From an uncultured virus (IMG/VR IMGVR_UViG_3300036770_004547) (lineage: Duplodnaviria > Heunggongvirae > Uroviricota > Caudoviricetes): a stretch of 64,000 nt of DNA. Shown in pieces: positions 9,653 to 18,378 of the stretch. The notes beneath the pieces are model-generated. The model was not told the origin of the DNA and made no database searches. It was given only the letters and a program-made list of their open reading frames with translations. Every line of letters starts with the position of its first letter. The stretch's first letter is position 1. The DNA lies in IMG/VR virus record IMGVR_UViG_3300036770_004547. One strand, 5' to 3'. Made by a program: the position numbers and the translations under genes.

Positions 9653-10221
9653 TATGTTATCCTCTGTTGTTCTTGTAACTGCGCCAGAATTTCTGGAGGA
9701 AGTGTAATGCCTGGGTAATGAAGTGTCTGTTCAATTCCTTGAGTTTGGAACTGGGTGCCAGGTGCAACAGTTTGTGGTTGCATTAAGTTGTTAACTGCTT
9801 GTCGCTGACTGTTCTGTTGAGCGACTTGACGTTCTTGAGAAATATTTGGTGGCTCAACTTGTGCAGTAGGAAGCAATGCTCCTTGTGTTACGTAGTCAAC
9901 TACAGGCATTGACGCAAGAGAAGCTGCTAAGTTGGCTGCACCTTCAACTCTCGAAGGAGCATAGTCAAGTTGTTTGGTAATTGTTTTACCACCGCCTATA
10001 TCAATAACCGCTTTACCACCAGGAGTCCCAGGGAAAAATTTACGCGCTGCCGCAACCGTTGGGTAATTTAAAAGAAAATCACCAGCAGCATACGCAAGCC
10101 CTGCTGTTGGGCCTCCGCCTAGCGTACCAAGAAGAAAGTTAAGTCCGGCTCCAGGGAGCGCAGCTTTAGCCGCCTCAACTGACGTTTTACTTCCTAGTCT
10201 CTTCAGCAGTCCTGCTAACAT
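9652..10221 (-). CDS. Putative internal virion protein (Gly/Ala-rich, Gln-rich tail)
   Basis: ORF track; composition. Confidence 0.5.
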   Translation of the reverse strand: MLAGLLKRLGSKTSVEAAKAALPGAGLNFLLGTLGGGPTAGLAYAAGDFLLNYPTVAAARKFFPGTPGGKAVIDIGGGKTITKQLDYAPSRVEGAANLAASLASMPVVDYVTQGALLPTAQVEPPNISQERQVAQQNSQRQAVNNLMQPQTVAPGTQFQTQGIEQTLHYPGITLPPEILAQLQEQQRIT

Positions 10222-10242
10222 GGTTTTATTTTTTATTCTAAA

Positions 10243-10881
10243 TTAACCAACTGTTTTACCAGGGGAAATATTCTCTTCTTCTTTACTGATAACTTGATTA
10301 CCTTCTCGTTCCTCTGTTGGGTTTAACTTTTTATTCTGAAGAAGTTGTGCAACAGAAACTTTACCTTCTGCTTCACTTTCAGCTCTATTCTCAGCCATTG
10401 ACATAATGAACCCATTGGGATCAGGATTAGCGGTACGCGGCATTGGATTCTTTGCACGCTTACCAGGATTAACAGTGGGACTTAACTTATAAGCTTCAAC
10501 CCACTCTTCTCTGAAATCAGGTTGTTGCTGTGGGCGTGCTTTAGTTAATGCACGGCCATTATCAAAGTCGTAATCAGAGCGTTTAAACCTACCGAGGCCC
10601 GCAAACATTTCATAGTCTTCGGGCGGTAACTGATTTTCTGTATCCCAGAAGGGGGAGTTGGGTACAAAATTAAGACGTGGATTAAGAGTTACCTTCCTGT
10701 TTTGAACTGCTTTAAGTAAGTCTTCCGAAGTGTATCGGGATGGGACCCATGGGGAACCACCTGTTTCAGTGTCATATTTATTTCTGAATAACTCACGAAA
10801 ATTTAACTGGGATGCAATGCGTCCCTTGTTATCAAAAGGATTAGAGATATAACGATTTAGTTCAAGACGTTGGTCTTTCAT
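10243..10881 (-). CDS. Hypothetical protein
   Basis: ORF track; coupled to upstream ORF. Confidence 0.65.
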   Translation of the reverse strand: MKDQRLELNRYISNPFDNKGRIASQLNFRELFRNKYDTETGGSPWVPSRYTSEDLLKAVQNRKVTLNPRLNFVPNSPFWDTENQLPPEDYEMFAGLGRFKRSDYDFDNGRALTKARPQQQPDFREEWVEAYKLSPTVNPGKRAKNPMPRTANPDPNGFIMSMAENRAESEAEGKVSVAQLLQNKKLNPTEEREGNQVISKEEENISPGKTVG

Positions 10882-11096
10882 TCCTTACCTTTCTTTTTAC
10901 CGTGTAAACCAACAAGAGTCTGACGCAGTCTAGCTTGTTTTACCGTACGTTCATCGTACTTCTCGGGATTTGCAAGAACGTTCTCTTGAAGCTGAGCAGA
11001 GGTAATGCCTTTACGTTTAGCTTTAGCAGTAAAGGCGCCTTCTTTGATATCAGCCTTTTGAATCCACTTTTTGTCTTTCTTTTTTTCTTCAGCCAT
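10878..11096 (-). CDS. Small basic phage protein
   Basis: KKWIQKADIKEGAFTAKAK...ARLRQTL. Confidence 0.65.
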   Translation of the reverse strand: MAEEKKKDKKWIQKADIKEGAFTAKAKRKGITSAQLQENVLANPEKYDERTVKQARLRQTLVGLHGKKKGKE

Positions 11097-11098
11097 GA

Positions 11099-14000
11099 TT
11101 ACCTGTTACGACGTTTACCAGAGCGACGACCAGCTTGTGCACGTAATTGATTCATTACATTACTAAGCATTTCTTGATCTATGCCAGGGGGTTCGACCTG
11201 TGCTCGTTTTTGTTGCGCTTCTGTCATTGTAGCTCCAGGAGCCTGTGGGCCGTATTTTTCTAAATAGTCGGCAAGATCATCGCCAACTGTTTCGCCAAAA
11301 TCATATTCAAGTACTGTTTGTGCAATTTCTTCTTCTGGAGAAATTACATCCATTAAACCAAGGGCTTTGCGCCCTTGACTCATTTGTTTGCCAATAGTTG
11401 CTTGCTGACCGGCTCCTTTGGCAAGCAATGAGGCTTGTATTAAAAGCTCGTCAACATCAGCGTTTTCTTGCTGAGCAATACTTGATGCAAATTGCAAAAC
11501 ATTTGCTTTATCTAAAGCTTTACCCGTTCTTTGCTTATGATCTGTTAAAGCATTGACTAATCGCTTGGCTCCTGTTATTTCAGGCGAAGCTGCTACAGTT
11601 TGAGTTCGTTTTGTTGATGCAAGGGTACTAACAGGTTTTAATCCTCCCATATCAGGATCTGTCATCATTATCTCTTTTACTTGCTGAGCTGGCATTTCAA
11701 GAGAACGCAAGCGACTTGGTACTGTAGACTCTGCTCTCCTTGACTCTCTTGCACCTAAGCCGTAGCGTCCAGCAAGACCTGTATCTGTACCTGGTGCTTG
11801 CATCCGGATACGAGAAGCTTCTGATGTATCAGCTAAAGTATTTGCAACGATTAAAGCCTCACGTAAAATTGGATTTTTTGTGGGCCCACCTAAAAATCCG
11901 TAATTCGGATCTTTGCCTAAATTAATTGCATCGTCAATAACTTTAACGCGCTGTCCCGTAATATCTTCTAAAGCATCATTTACTCCTTGCAAGAATAAGT
12001 AATGGTTTTTAGCTGAAGGAACTTGATCGGCTTTTGTAACATCAACAGGAGGCAAATTGGCATCATCAAAACCAAGAATAGATGGTTGTTTTTCTTCTGT
12101 TGTTTTATCTACATACATGCGATTTTCGGGGACTTTATACTTTGTTTGTTTGAAGAACCTTGCTCCTTCCGAACCATCATCATTGATAATTCGATGTTCT
12201 TGAATTAAATTTTTATTTAACAATTGCCCACGTAAAGCTTGGGCCAAAGTTACATCAGTTGTCCGTGTTGCACCGGAAGGATCGCGTGTTACAACTTGAT
12301 CAATAACAAGATTTGGATTTAAACGTGTAGTAACATTTTTTCCTGTAGTTCTGCTCTTGCTTAATTCAATATTTAAGTTCTCACCTTTCTCTAAACCGCT
12401 AATGCGATTTTCGGCACGCTCAATCAACTTTACATTTAAATTATTTGTCAAGCGATTATAAGTATCAGTTGCTTCTTGCGGACTAGTAAACTGACGATTG
12501 GTGTAAGGATTTTTAAATAAAGTTCCATAATTTGGATCAATGTATTGCTCTAACCCTGGATTAGCAATTAAAGTTAATTTATCAATTTTTAAGTATGGAT
12601 TGCCATTGTTTGTAAGTTTAATTTTATCGGCATCCATTGCTTCGTAATGAGTATTAAACAATGGACGCGGTTGAATTTCCAAAAAGCGAGATTCTTTTCC
12701 GCTTCCATACTCTTTAACACCACCAATTGCATAATCCACACCTTGTTTTTTATTCAGTTGTTCCAGTTCCTCGTCAATTGCACTATTGAGTAAATTATTT
12801 AAATCATCAGACCAATTAACTTGGCCTTGCTCTTGTCCTAAATACTTGCCTGCTGCTGAGGTTCCAGGAGATGTGGTAAATTTTTCAACACTTTCTCTTG
12901 GAACAAATCCAATAGCCTGGCCTATTTCTTCGCCAATGCCACTACCAGCCTGAGCTTCACTTGACTGAGTTGCACCAATATCTGATTTACGAAGATAAGA
13001 TCCTGTAGCAGAATCATAATAAAGAGGTTCTAAATCACTGCGATCATAACGAGCAGCAGCCTTGGGTCCAGATACGGAAATTACTTGTTGACCACCCTTA
13101 TCGGTAATAGTAACTACTTCAGTTTTTAAAGAACTAGTACCTGTATAGCCAAAACCTTTTGTCCGTGGAGCCTGCATTTCTCCACCGGAAATCAAATAAT
13201 CTTTAATAGTGTTGGCATTATCTTGTGATAACAAATCGCGAACGCGTTTAGTAGCTCTTAAATGCGCACCAGGATTTAGAATTACAATCTTGCTTAAATC
13301 GCCACCTTCGCGTCTAGCTTGTATTGTTGACCGAGTAGACATTGCATCTCTTAATTCTTTGGCTAACTCTCCAGGGAAAACATTTTCATCACCTAAATTA
13401 TTAGCAATAATCTCAGGCCTCAGCAATCCGTTTTCATCAAATAAAGCTTGACGGTATGAATCTGTAATAGGTGCAGGAGGAGGCGTTTGACGACGCTGTT
13501 TTGCTTCTTCAAGTTTTTGTTCTGCTAAAGTTCCAACAGCATTAGGATCGACTTGGAATCCTTCTGCTTGTGTTGCTTGAACAGAAAACCCTTCTGGTAA
13601 AGGAGCGTCTTCTGCGCTGATGCCCAAAGAAGTTCGAGTTTGATTTAACGCTTGTTGACGCAACGCTTTACGTTTGTTTAATTGTGCAACAACAGACTCA
13701 TTTGGATTAACCGTTAATTCGGCAAAAGCCTCATTGGTGCTTGTATTAGCAGAAGAAACAAAACCACCTTCTTTAACAGAATCTGTATCCCTTTGCTGAA
13801 TAGCATCAATATTTTGAATTGTTTGATCTAAACCTGTATCAACGGCTTCAGCGCTTTGTTTAGAAACAGCGGGTTCCTGAAGTTGTTGTTTAGTAGTTAA
13901 ATCTTCAGCAGGAGCTACAGCACCCGTATCTTCAATATAAGAGCGCGGTGTAAAACTTGGGCGTCGAGCACCTTGCTCCCTAGGAACCATTCGTCCGTGA

Positions 14001-14488
14001 CGACGAATCATTGGTTGCGGTGACCCAGGAACTGTTACTTCTTGTTCTGGTGCAACATCTGGAACTTGCCGCACAGGCTCTTCTGTTACTGTAACCGGTT
14101 GTTTAGAAGGTTGCGGCTGAGAAGATTGCCTTGCTTGCCATTCAGAAAAGTCTTTTTCTTGAGGTTCTGACTTTAATTTTGTAGATGTGTCAAAAAAACT
14201 ACCAAGATCAGTTTGCCTAACGCCAGCATTAGCTGAACGCCTGGGACCACGCAGCAGCTTATTAAGGCCATAAGCACCAGCAGCGCCACCAGCTAGCGCA
14301 ATACCGATTCCAAGCCCCACAGAAAGGGGATCAGGCCCTTGTTGCTGCTCCTGGCGGGGGGCCTTGAGTTGATTACGCCTGTACTCAAGTACCTCAGGCG
14401 CCATTCTTGCCCTTTCTTCCGGATCTTCGGGGACTGGTGCCCCAGTAGCACGGCTGTAAGAGTAGAAATCTGCCGGAGAAAGAGCCAT
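11099..14488 (-). CDS. Large (1129 aa) putative internal virion protein
   Basis: Long ORF with an N-terminal TM-like segment and low-complexity Q/P/A tracts; first gene of the late module. Confidence 0.6.
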   Translation of the reverse strand: MALSPADFYSYSRATGAPVPEDPEERARMAPEVLEYRRNQLKAPRQEQQQGPDPLSVGLGIGIALAGGAAGAYGLNKLLRGPRRSANAGVRQTDLGSFFDTSTKLKSEPQEKDFSEWQARQSSQPQPSKQPVTVTEEPVRQVPDVAPEQEVTVPGSPQPMIRRHGRMVPREQGARRPSFTPRSYIEDTGAVAPAEDLTTKQQLQEPAVSKQSAEAVDTGLDQTIQNIDAIQQRDTDSVKEGGFVSSANTSTNEAFAELTVNPNESVVAQLNKRKALRQQALNQTRTSLGISAEDAPLPEGFSVQATQAEGFQVDPNAVGTLAEQKLEEAKQRRQTPPPAPITDSYRQALFDENGLLRPEIIANNLGDENVFPGELAKELRDAMSTRSTIQARREGGDLSKIVILNPGAHLRATKRVRDLLSQDNANTIKDYLISGGEMQAPRTKGFGYTGTSSLKTEVVTITDKGGQQVISVSGPKAAARYDRSDLEPLYYDSATGSYLRKSDIGATQSSEAQAGSGIGEEIGQAIGFVPRESVEKFTTSPGTSAAGKYLGQEQGQVNWSDDLNNLLNSAIDEELEQLNKKQGVDYAIGGVKEYGSGKESRFLEIQPRPLFNTHYEAMDADKIKLTNNGNPYLKIDKLTLIANPGLEQYIDPNYGTLFKNPYTNRQFTSPQEATDTYNRLTNNLNVKLIERAENRISGLEKGENLNIELSKSRTTGKNVTTRLNPNLVIDQVVTRDPSGATRTTDVTLAQALRGQLLNKNLIQEHRIINDDGSEGARFFKQTKYKVPENRMYVDKTTEEKQPSILGFDDANLPPVDVTKADQVPSAKNHYLFLQGVNDALEDITGQRVKVIDDAINLGKDPNYGFLGGPTKNPILREALIVANTLADTSEASRIRMQAPGTDTGLAGRYGLGARESRRAESTVPSRLRSLEMPAQQVKEIMMTDPDMGGLKPVSTLASTKRTQTVAASPEITGAKRLVNALTDHKQRTGKALDKANVLQFASSIAQQENADVDELLIQASLLAKGAGQQATIGKQMSQGRKALGLMDVISPEEEIAQTVLEYDFGETVGDDLADYLEKYGPQAPGATMTEAQQKRAQVEPPGIDQEMLSNVMNQLRAQAGRRSGKRRNR

Positions 14489-14590
14489 TTGAAGTTATTA
14501 CACTAACTTTTGTGCTGTTTACATTCTATTGGCTGCTAATCCAAAGAGTGTATGTCTTATATTAAGTAAATAACAGCGTAGTTTTGTGAA

Positions 14591-14803
14591 ATGAACGCAG
14601 GTATACGCCAAAAACGCGTAGATGCGCTAGAAAGTATTAAGGGAAAAGCCCTTGACATGGCAAAAGAAGGACGTGATTCGCTAGAAGTGCGTGATTTTGT
14701 AACCATCGCAAAGAAAGAATTGGCTTATCAGCTCCCCGATGAGGAAGCTTTTAAAAAAGCAGTGAAAGCAACACAAGCTTACCAACGTAAAAAACAAAGT
14801 TAA
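14591..14803 (+). CDS. Hypothetical protein
   Basis: ORF track; followed by a terminator. Confidence 0.65.
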   Translation: MNAGIRQKRVDALESIKGKALDMAKEGRDSLEVRDFVTIAKKELAYQLPDEEAFKKAVKATQAYQRKKQS

Positions 14804-14829
14804 GTACAAATGCCTATCAACGATCAAAA

Positions 14830-14855
14830 GCCGGGCCTAAAAACCCGGCATTTTT
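14830..14855 (+). terminator. Intrinsic terminator
   Basis: GCCGGG-cctaaaaa-CCCGGC followed by ATTTTT. Confidence 0.75.
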
Positions 14856-15107
14856 GTGTAAATATTTGGGATAGACGAAACTTTTAGGTACTCATTTGGG
14901 ATTTTATATTTTTTTACATATTTATTTTGTTGTGCGCTCCAGGGGGGCGCCAACTTTTAAGCCCATTTGGGTGCAAAATTACCTGACTGTTCTCCACATA
15001 CCTACATGTAGTGAGTTGTGGGAAGAAAAAAAAGAATAGCGGGGTGGTAGGTAGAGTAACGGGGGCTGCGCATCCGTGTAACGCAGAGTTCCATCGCGTT
15101 TAATTCA

Positions 15108-15380
15108 ATGCGTACATACGAGCAGGCTGAAGTTTACTTTGGCCGTTGCGACCAGGCAGCAGAGTATCTGATGAAGGGCAAGAAGGTGAGCATTCACCTT
15201 GAAGTATTGGGTCAGTTCGGTACTGACGTGAAGCAGTGGCTTGTGGATTTACACAATGCTATTGCAGTCGAGTGCTATGACCCAGCAGATTGCCTAGAGG
15301 ATAGCTGCTCGCCTGAGTATAAGCTGTCGGTTCTTGTGAAGAATGGCAAAGCAATTGCCAGTGCGAAGCAAGTTAACTGA
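15108..15380 (+). CDS. Hypothetical early protein
   Basis: ORF track. Confidence 0.6.
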   Translation: MRTYEQAEVYFGRCDQAAEYLMKGKKVSIHLEVLGQFGTDVKQWLVDLHNAIAVECYDPADCLEDSCSPEYKLSVLVKNGKAIASAKQVN

Positions 15381-15392
15381 CTACGATTGATT

Positions 15393-15446
15393 GTTGCCTT
15401 TTCCCCTGACACGAGTCAGGGGTTTATGCAGCACTCACCCGCTGTC
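15393..15446 (+). ncRNA. Two-state hairpin element, copy 1 of 3
   Basis: GTTGC..CCCCTGAC-acga-GTCAGGGG-tttat-GCAGC-actcaccc-GCTGT. Confidence 0.5.
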
Positions 15447-15457
15447 GTCACATCAAC

Positions 15458-15500
15458 TTTTCCACAACCCTGTGAAAAACTACATGTTACCTGTGGAAAA
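15458..15500. promoter_or_regulatory. Cluster of three DnaA boxes
   Basis: TTTTCCACA at 15458-15466 (+), TTTTTCACA at 15471-15479 (-), TTTTCCACA at 15492-15500 (-). Confidence 0.6.
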
Positions 15501-15611
15501 CTACTTAATTCCGACCTATTTACTCGGGTATTCTGACCCTTTTTTGGGGCACTTCCGCGTGACGTAATTCGCTGAAAAGACTGTCGTCGCAAGGGATCTC
15601 AGCGATTGACC

Positions 15612-15636
15612 CGTCAAGCTGGACGTTAAACGTAGC
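15612..15636 (+). ncRNA. CGTC/GACG-TTAAAC pseudoknot, variant copy
   Basis: CGTC-aaGCTG-GACG-ttaaacg-TAGC. Confidence 0.55.
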
Positions 15637-15658
15637 ATGTCCCATCGCATTCAACACA

Positions 15659-15835
15659 ATGGTTTATTCGGTATGCATTAAGAGTTCATTGTCGTATCAA
15701 GATTTTTTGTTTGCAAAAACATTGTATAGCTCATTAGAGAAAGAGTTTTTTACTGAGCAACAAGCTCAAGAATATATCCAATCTTTTGAAGATTGGGAGC
15801 ATAACTATTTACATATAGAAGTGTTTCCGTTCTAA
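15659..15835 (+). CDS. Hypothetical 58-aa protein (not in track)
   Basis: MVYSVCIKSSLSYQDFLF...EVFPF; follows the pseudoknot. Confidence 0.5.
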   Translation: MVYSVCIKSSLSYQDFLFAKTLYSSLEKEFFTEQQAQEYIQSFEDWEHNYLHIEVFPF

Positions 15836-15843
15836 GTTTTAAC

Positions 15844-15909
15844 GCCTGATGGTGCAGGAAGGGTTCGACTCCCTTCCCAGGCATTGCCTCCAGCGGAGAT
15901 AGGCACCGC
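15844..15909 (+). ncRNA. T-loop mini-tRNA module plus CAGCGGAGAT pseudoknot, copy 1
   Basis: GCCTG..GGAAGGG-TTCGACT-CCCTTCC-CAGGC, then TGCCT-ccaGCGGagat-AGGCA-CCGC. Confidence 0.7.
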
Positions 15910-15996
15910 ACAACAGGAGTTTCCTGTGATTACGATCATTGGTTTAATTCTTATAGCGCCTTGCGTTGTTGACTTAATCCGTAACAAACGTAAGTG

Positions 15997-16194
15997 ATGT
16001 ATTTCATTGTTCTTAACGGTCAACAGTACCGTCAGTACTCAGCTAATGAGTACGCTGAAGCATTAGAAGATGCTGCACAACTGGATTACATCTATAACTC
16101 ACCAGAGTTAAATGATGGTATTCAGGGAACTAACGACATCCAACTTCTCACATTTGCTGAAATGATGGAGTCTGACGTTGTGATGGTCATCTGA
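15997..16194 (+). CDS. Hypothetical protein
   Basis: ORF track. Confidence 0.55.
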   Translation: MYFIVLNGQQYRQYSANEYAEALEDAAQLDYIYNSPELNDGIQGTNDIQLLTFAEMMESDVVMVI

Positions 16195-16260
16195 CCAGGC
16201 GTGATGCCGGGGGATCAAATCCCCCACACAACAATTACCCTCAGCGGAGATGGGTACCGC
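16177..16260 (+). ncRNA. Mini-cloverleaf plus CAGCGGAGAT pseudoknot, copy 2
   Basis: GTTGTG/CACAAC, TGGTC/GACCA, GGC/GCC, GGGGG-ATCAAAT-CCCCC, then TACCC-tcaGCGGagat-GGGTA-CCGC. Confidence 0.7.
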
Positions 16261-16278
16261 ACACACATGGAGTTATCC

Positions 16279-16557
16279 ATGATTGACCTGACTACTGGTT
16301 GGATACAACACCCAGGTGTTTCTGGTGGTTGGCATCTGGAGTATGTCGATTCTGTTTGTGGATTCGATATATCCATCGTTACGGGACCGAAGGGTTCCGG
16401 ATTGATGGGCGTTATTGCTCCAGGGCAGCCAACAACCTATGAAGCCTGGTTGCCAGGATTATCTAACCCAACAGGTTATTTAACTTTAGATGAAATACGT
16501 GGCATCATCATGTATCTTCGAGAGAAACATCGTGATGAAGCTATGTATATGGACTGA
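16279..16557 (+). CDS. Hypothetical protein (start moved to the ATG after the GGAG SD)
   Basis: SD GGAG upstream of ATG 16279. Confidence 0.6.
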   Translation: MIDLTTGWIQHPGVSGGWHLEYVDSVCGFDISIVTGPKGSGLMGVIAPGQPTTYEAWLPGLSNPTGYLTLDEIRGIIMYLREKHRDEAMYMD

Positions 16558-16620
16558 TCCGTAAAAGCGGGTGACCAGGTGCAAACCCTGGTCCAGTTAT
16601 TGCCACTCACTGAGAGTGGC
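16552..16620 (+). ncRNA. T-loop module copy 3 plus hairpin
   Basis: GACTG/CAGTT, ATCCG/CGGGT, GACCAGG-TGCAAAC-CCTGGTC, then GCCACTC-actga-GAGTGGC. Confidence 0.65.
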
Positions 16621-16630
16621 TTGTAAATCT

Positions 16631-16798
16631 ATGATTCGCAAGAATCTGGCTAACATCCTTAAGTTGACGGCTATCAAGCTGGAGACTGATACAACCAAAG
16701 AGACTATTGCATCCAAAGTGCATGAGTATCGTGTCCGCATTGCGGCAGTAATTATGCCTAAAGATGCATTCATGACCGTTGAAACTCAAGTCAAATGA
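16631..16798 (+). CDS. Hypothetical protein
   Basis: ORF track, start trimmed. Confidence 0.55.
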   Translation: MIRKNLANILKLTAIKLETDTTKETIASKVHEYRVRIAAVIMPKDAFMTVETQVK

Positions 16799-17043
16799 TT
16801 ATCTATCAACCTCACATCAACTCAACCGATCGTGTCGTATGGCACGGCGGTGAATCAACCCAGTTGCACTACGAACAGCAGGTCGATGGTTGGGATGGTA
16901 ATCCCGACTGGATAGACCGTAATGTTCAAACTTTTGGCAGTGGTATACCCACGAGCATGAGTGAAATGCACACTCATATGCAAGAGTTTTATAACTATTG
17001 CCAGGTGTGCGAATTTGAACGACGCATGGCAATGGCAGACTAA
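16795..17043 (+). CDS. Hypothetical protein
   Basis: ATGA-coupled ORF. Confidence 0.6.
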   Translation: MIIYQPHINSTDRVVWHGGESTQLHYEQQVDGWDGNPDWIDRNVQTFGSGIPTSMSEMHTHMQEFYNYCQVCEFERRMAMAD

Positions 17044-17044
17044 T

Positions 17045-17098
17045 GTTTGCAACTAACCCTGAGTAGCACCAGGGTTTTCTGCAGACTTTACATCTGCA
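17045..17098 (+). ncRNA. Two-state hairpin element, copy 2
   Basis: GTTTGC..AACCCTG..CAGGGTT-ttct-GCAGA-ctttaca-TCTGC. Confidence 0.6.
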
Positions 17099-17126
17099 CT
17101 CAATTCAACTCAACCCACCTAGGACT

Positions 17127-17369
17127 ATGTCTCCTGCAAGTGTTGAACAACTTCTGATCCAAGACGCCAGGCTTCTCGCTCGTCGAGATGCACCTGTTAT
17201 TGACCAAGAGATTGAAAGTGCACGGCAGCAAGCACTTGAAATCTTTTACCAATGGCAAGACGGCTTGGTTCAGTTCCAAGATCTAATCCCATTTGTTGTT
17301 GTTCTTGAGAAGAAAGTCGATCTTAATCGTGCGCTTCTCAAATGGGAACAAGAACATTTAGTGGATTAA
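17127..17369 (+). CDS. Hypothetical protein
   Basis: ORF track; AGGA SD. Confidence 0.6.
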   Translation: MSPASVEQLLIQDARLLARRDAPVIDQEIESARQQALEIFYQWQDGLVQFQDLIPFVVVLEKKVDLNRALLKWEQEHLVD

Positions 17370-17370
17370 T

Positions 17371-17434
17371 TTCTGCACTTAACCCTTCTTATCCATTGTG
17401 ATGAGTGGGTTTTCTGCAGGACTTAACATCCTGC
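17371..17434 (+). ncRNA. Two-state hairpin element, copy 3
   Basis: TTCTGC..AACCC..GGGTT-ttct-GCAGGA-cttaaca-TCCTGC. Confidence 0.6.
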
Positions 17435-17518
17435 TCCCCCATTCTCATCACCACTAGTACAATCATACTAGTCGCCCATCAACCGTTAGGTTGATTCCCT
17501 TTACTCAGACCCATCACC

Positions 17519-17755
17519 ATGAAACAAATCATCAAACTCGGTATCAATCGTTACATTCATCTTGATACCTATGGCCACCAGGGTGATTACATGGACAATG
17601 CCGTTGGTAAAGTTTTTACTTCACTCGTTGTCATCTGCATTGCATCTATCACTGCTGGTGCCATGTTTGGTTATGATGTCACCACATTCAACCTAGATGA
17701 TGCAACGAGATACTTACCTAAATCACACGGCACTCAAGTGGAAACCAAACGGTGA
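17519..17755 (+). CDS. Small membrane protein
   Basis: One hydrophobic segment. Confidence 0.55.
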   Translation: MKQIIKLGINRYIHLDTYGHQGDYMDNAVGKVFTSLVVICIASITAGAMFGYDVTTFNLDDATRYLPKSHGTQVETKR

Positions 17756-17840
17756 CCTCTCAACAAGAGAACTGGCTGCTGTCCATGCACTTGTTATGGC
17801 AGCAGATCAAAGAACCTTTGCACTAACTGAAACTCAACCT

Positions 17841-18062
17841 ATGACATACGTTGCACTAATCGCTGATGCAACCGGACGTTATGCCCATGTGTATGGCAAT
17901 GCCAACTCATGGGCTCAGTTCATTGATGAACTAGAGGACGTTGGTTGCGAAGTAATAGAGAATCAAACAGAAGACTACGAATCTCTTGAAGATATTCAAG
18001 AGCACTGTGTGACGATCCAACAGTTAACAGGCAAGGAATCAAACTTCATTCCTTACCCGTAA
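17841..18062 (+). CDS. Hypothetical protein
   Basis: ORF track, start trimmed. Confidence 0.55.
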   Translation: MTYVALIADATGRYAHVYGNANSWAQFIDELEDVGCEVIENQTEDYESLEDIQEHCVTIQQLTGKESNFIPYP

Positions 18063-18073
18063 CAACTAAGACA

Positions 18074-18100
18074 CGTCCTGAGTATGACGTTAAACTGCTC
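18074..18100 (+). ncRNA. CGTC/GACG-TTAAAC pseudoknot
   Basis: CGTC-ct-GAGTA-t-GACG-ttaaac-TGCTC. Confidence 0.85.
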
Positions 18101-18131
18101 TACAAACACTGCAATCAATCTCCGACAAATC

Positions 18132-18290
18132 ATGCATTCAAACGAATTCGAAAATGACATTCCGTCTGATGCACTTGATGCTATGGCGGACCAAGCCTAT
18201 GAACAGGAGCAAGCCATGCGCGAGTCTGTTCCAGAGGAATGGCTTGGTGTTGACAAATCAACTTACACACTATCCAATGTACATTTCTAA
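18132..18290 (+). CDS. Small acidic hypothetical protein
   Basis: ORF track, start trimmed. Confidence 0.5.
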   Translation: MHSNEFENDIPSDALDAMADQAYEQEQAMRESVPEEWLGVDKSTYTLSNVHF

Positions 18291-18378
18291 TGAAACAATC
18301 TCAAACCCAACAATATAATGATGATGTAATATTACACATCATTGTTATCATCTCAATCCTTATCACAGAACTCATCTC

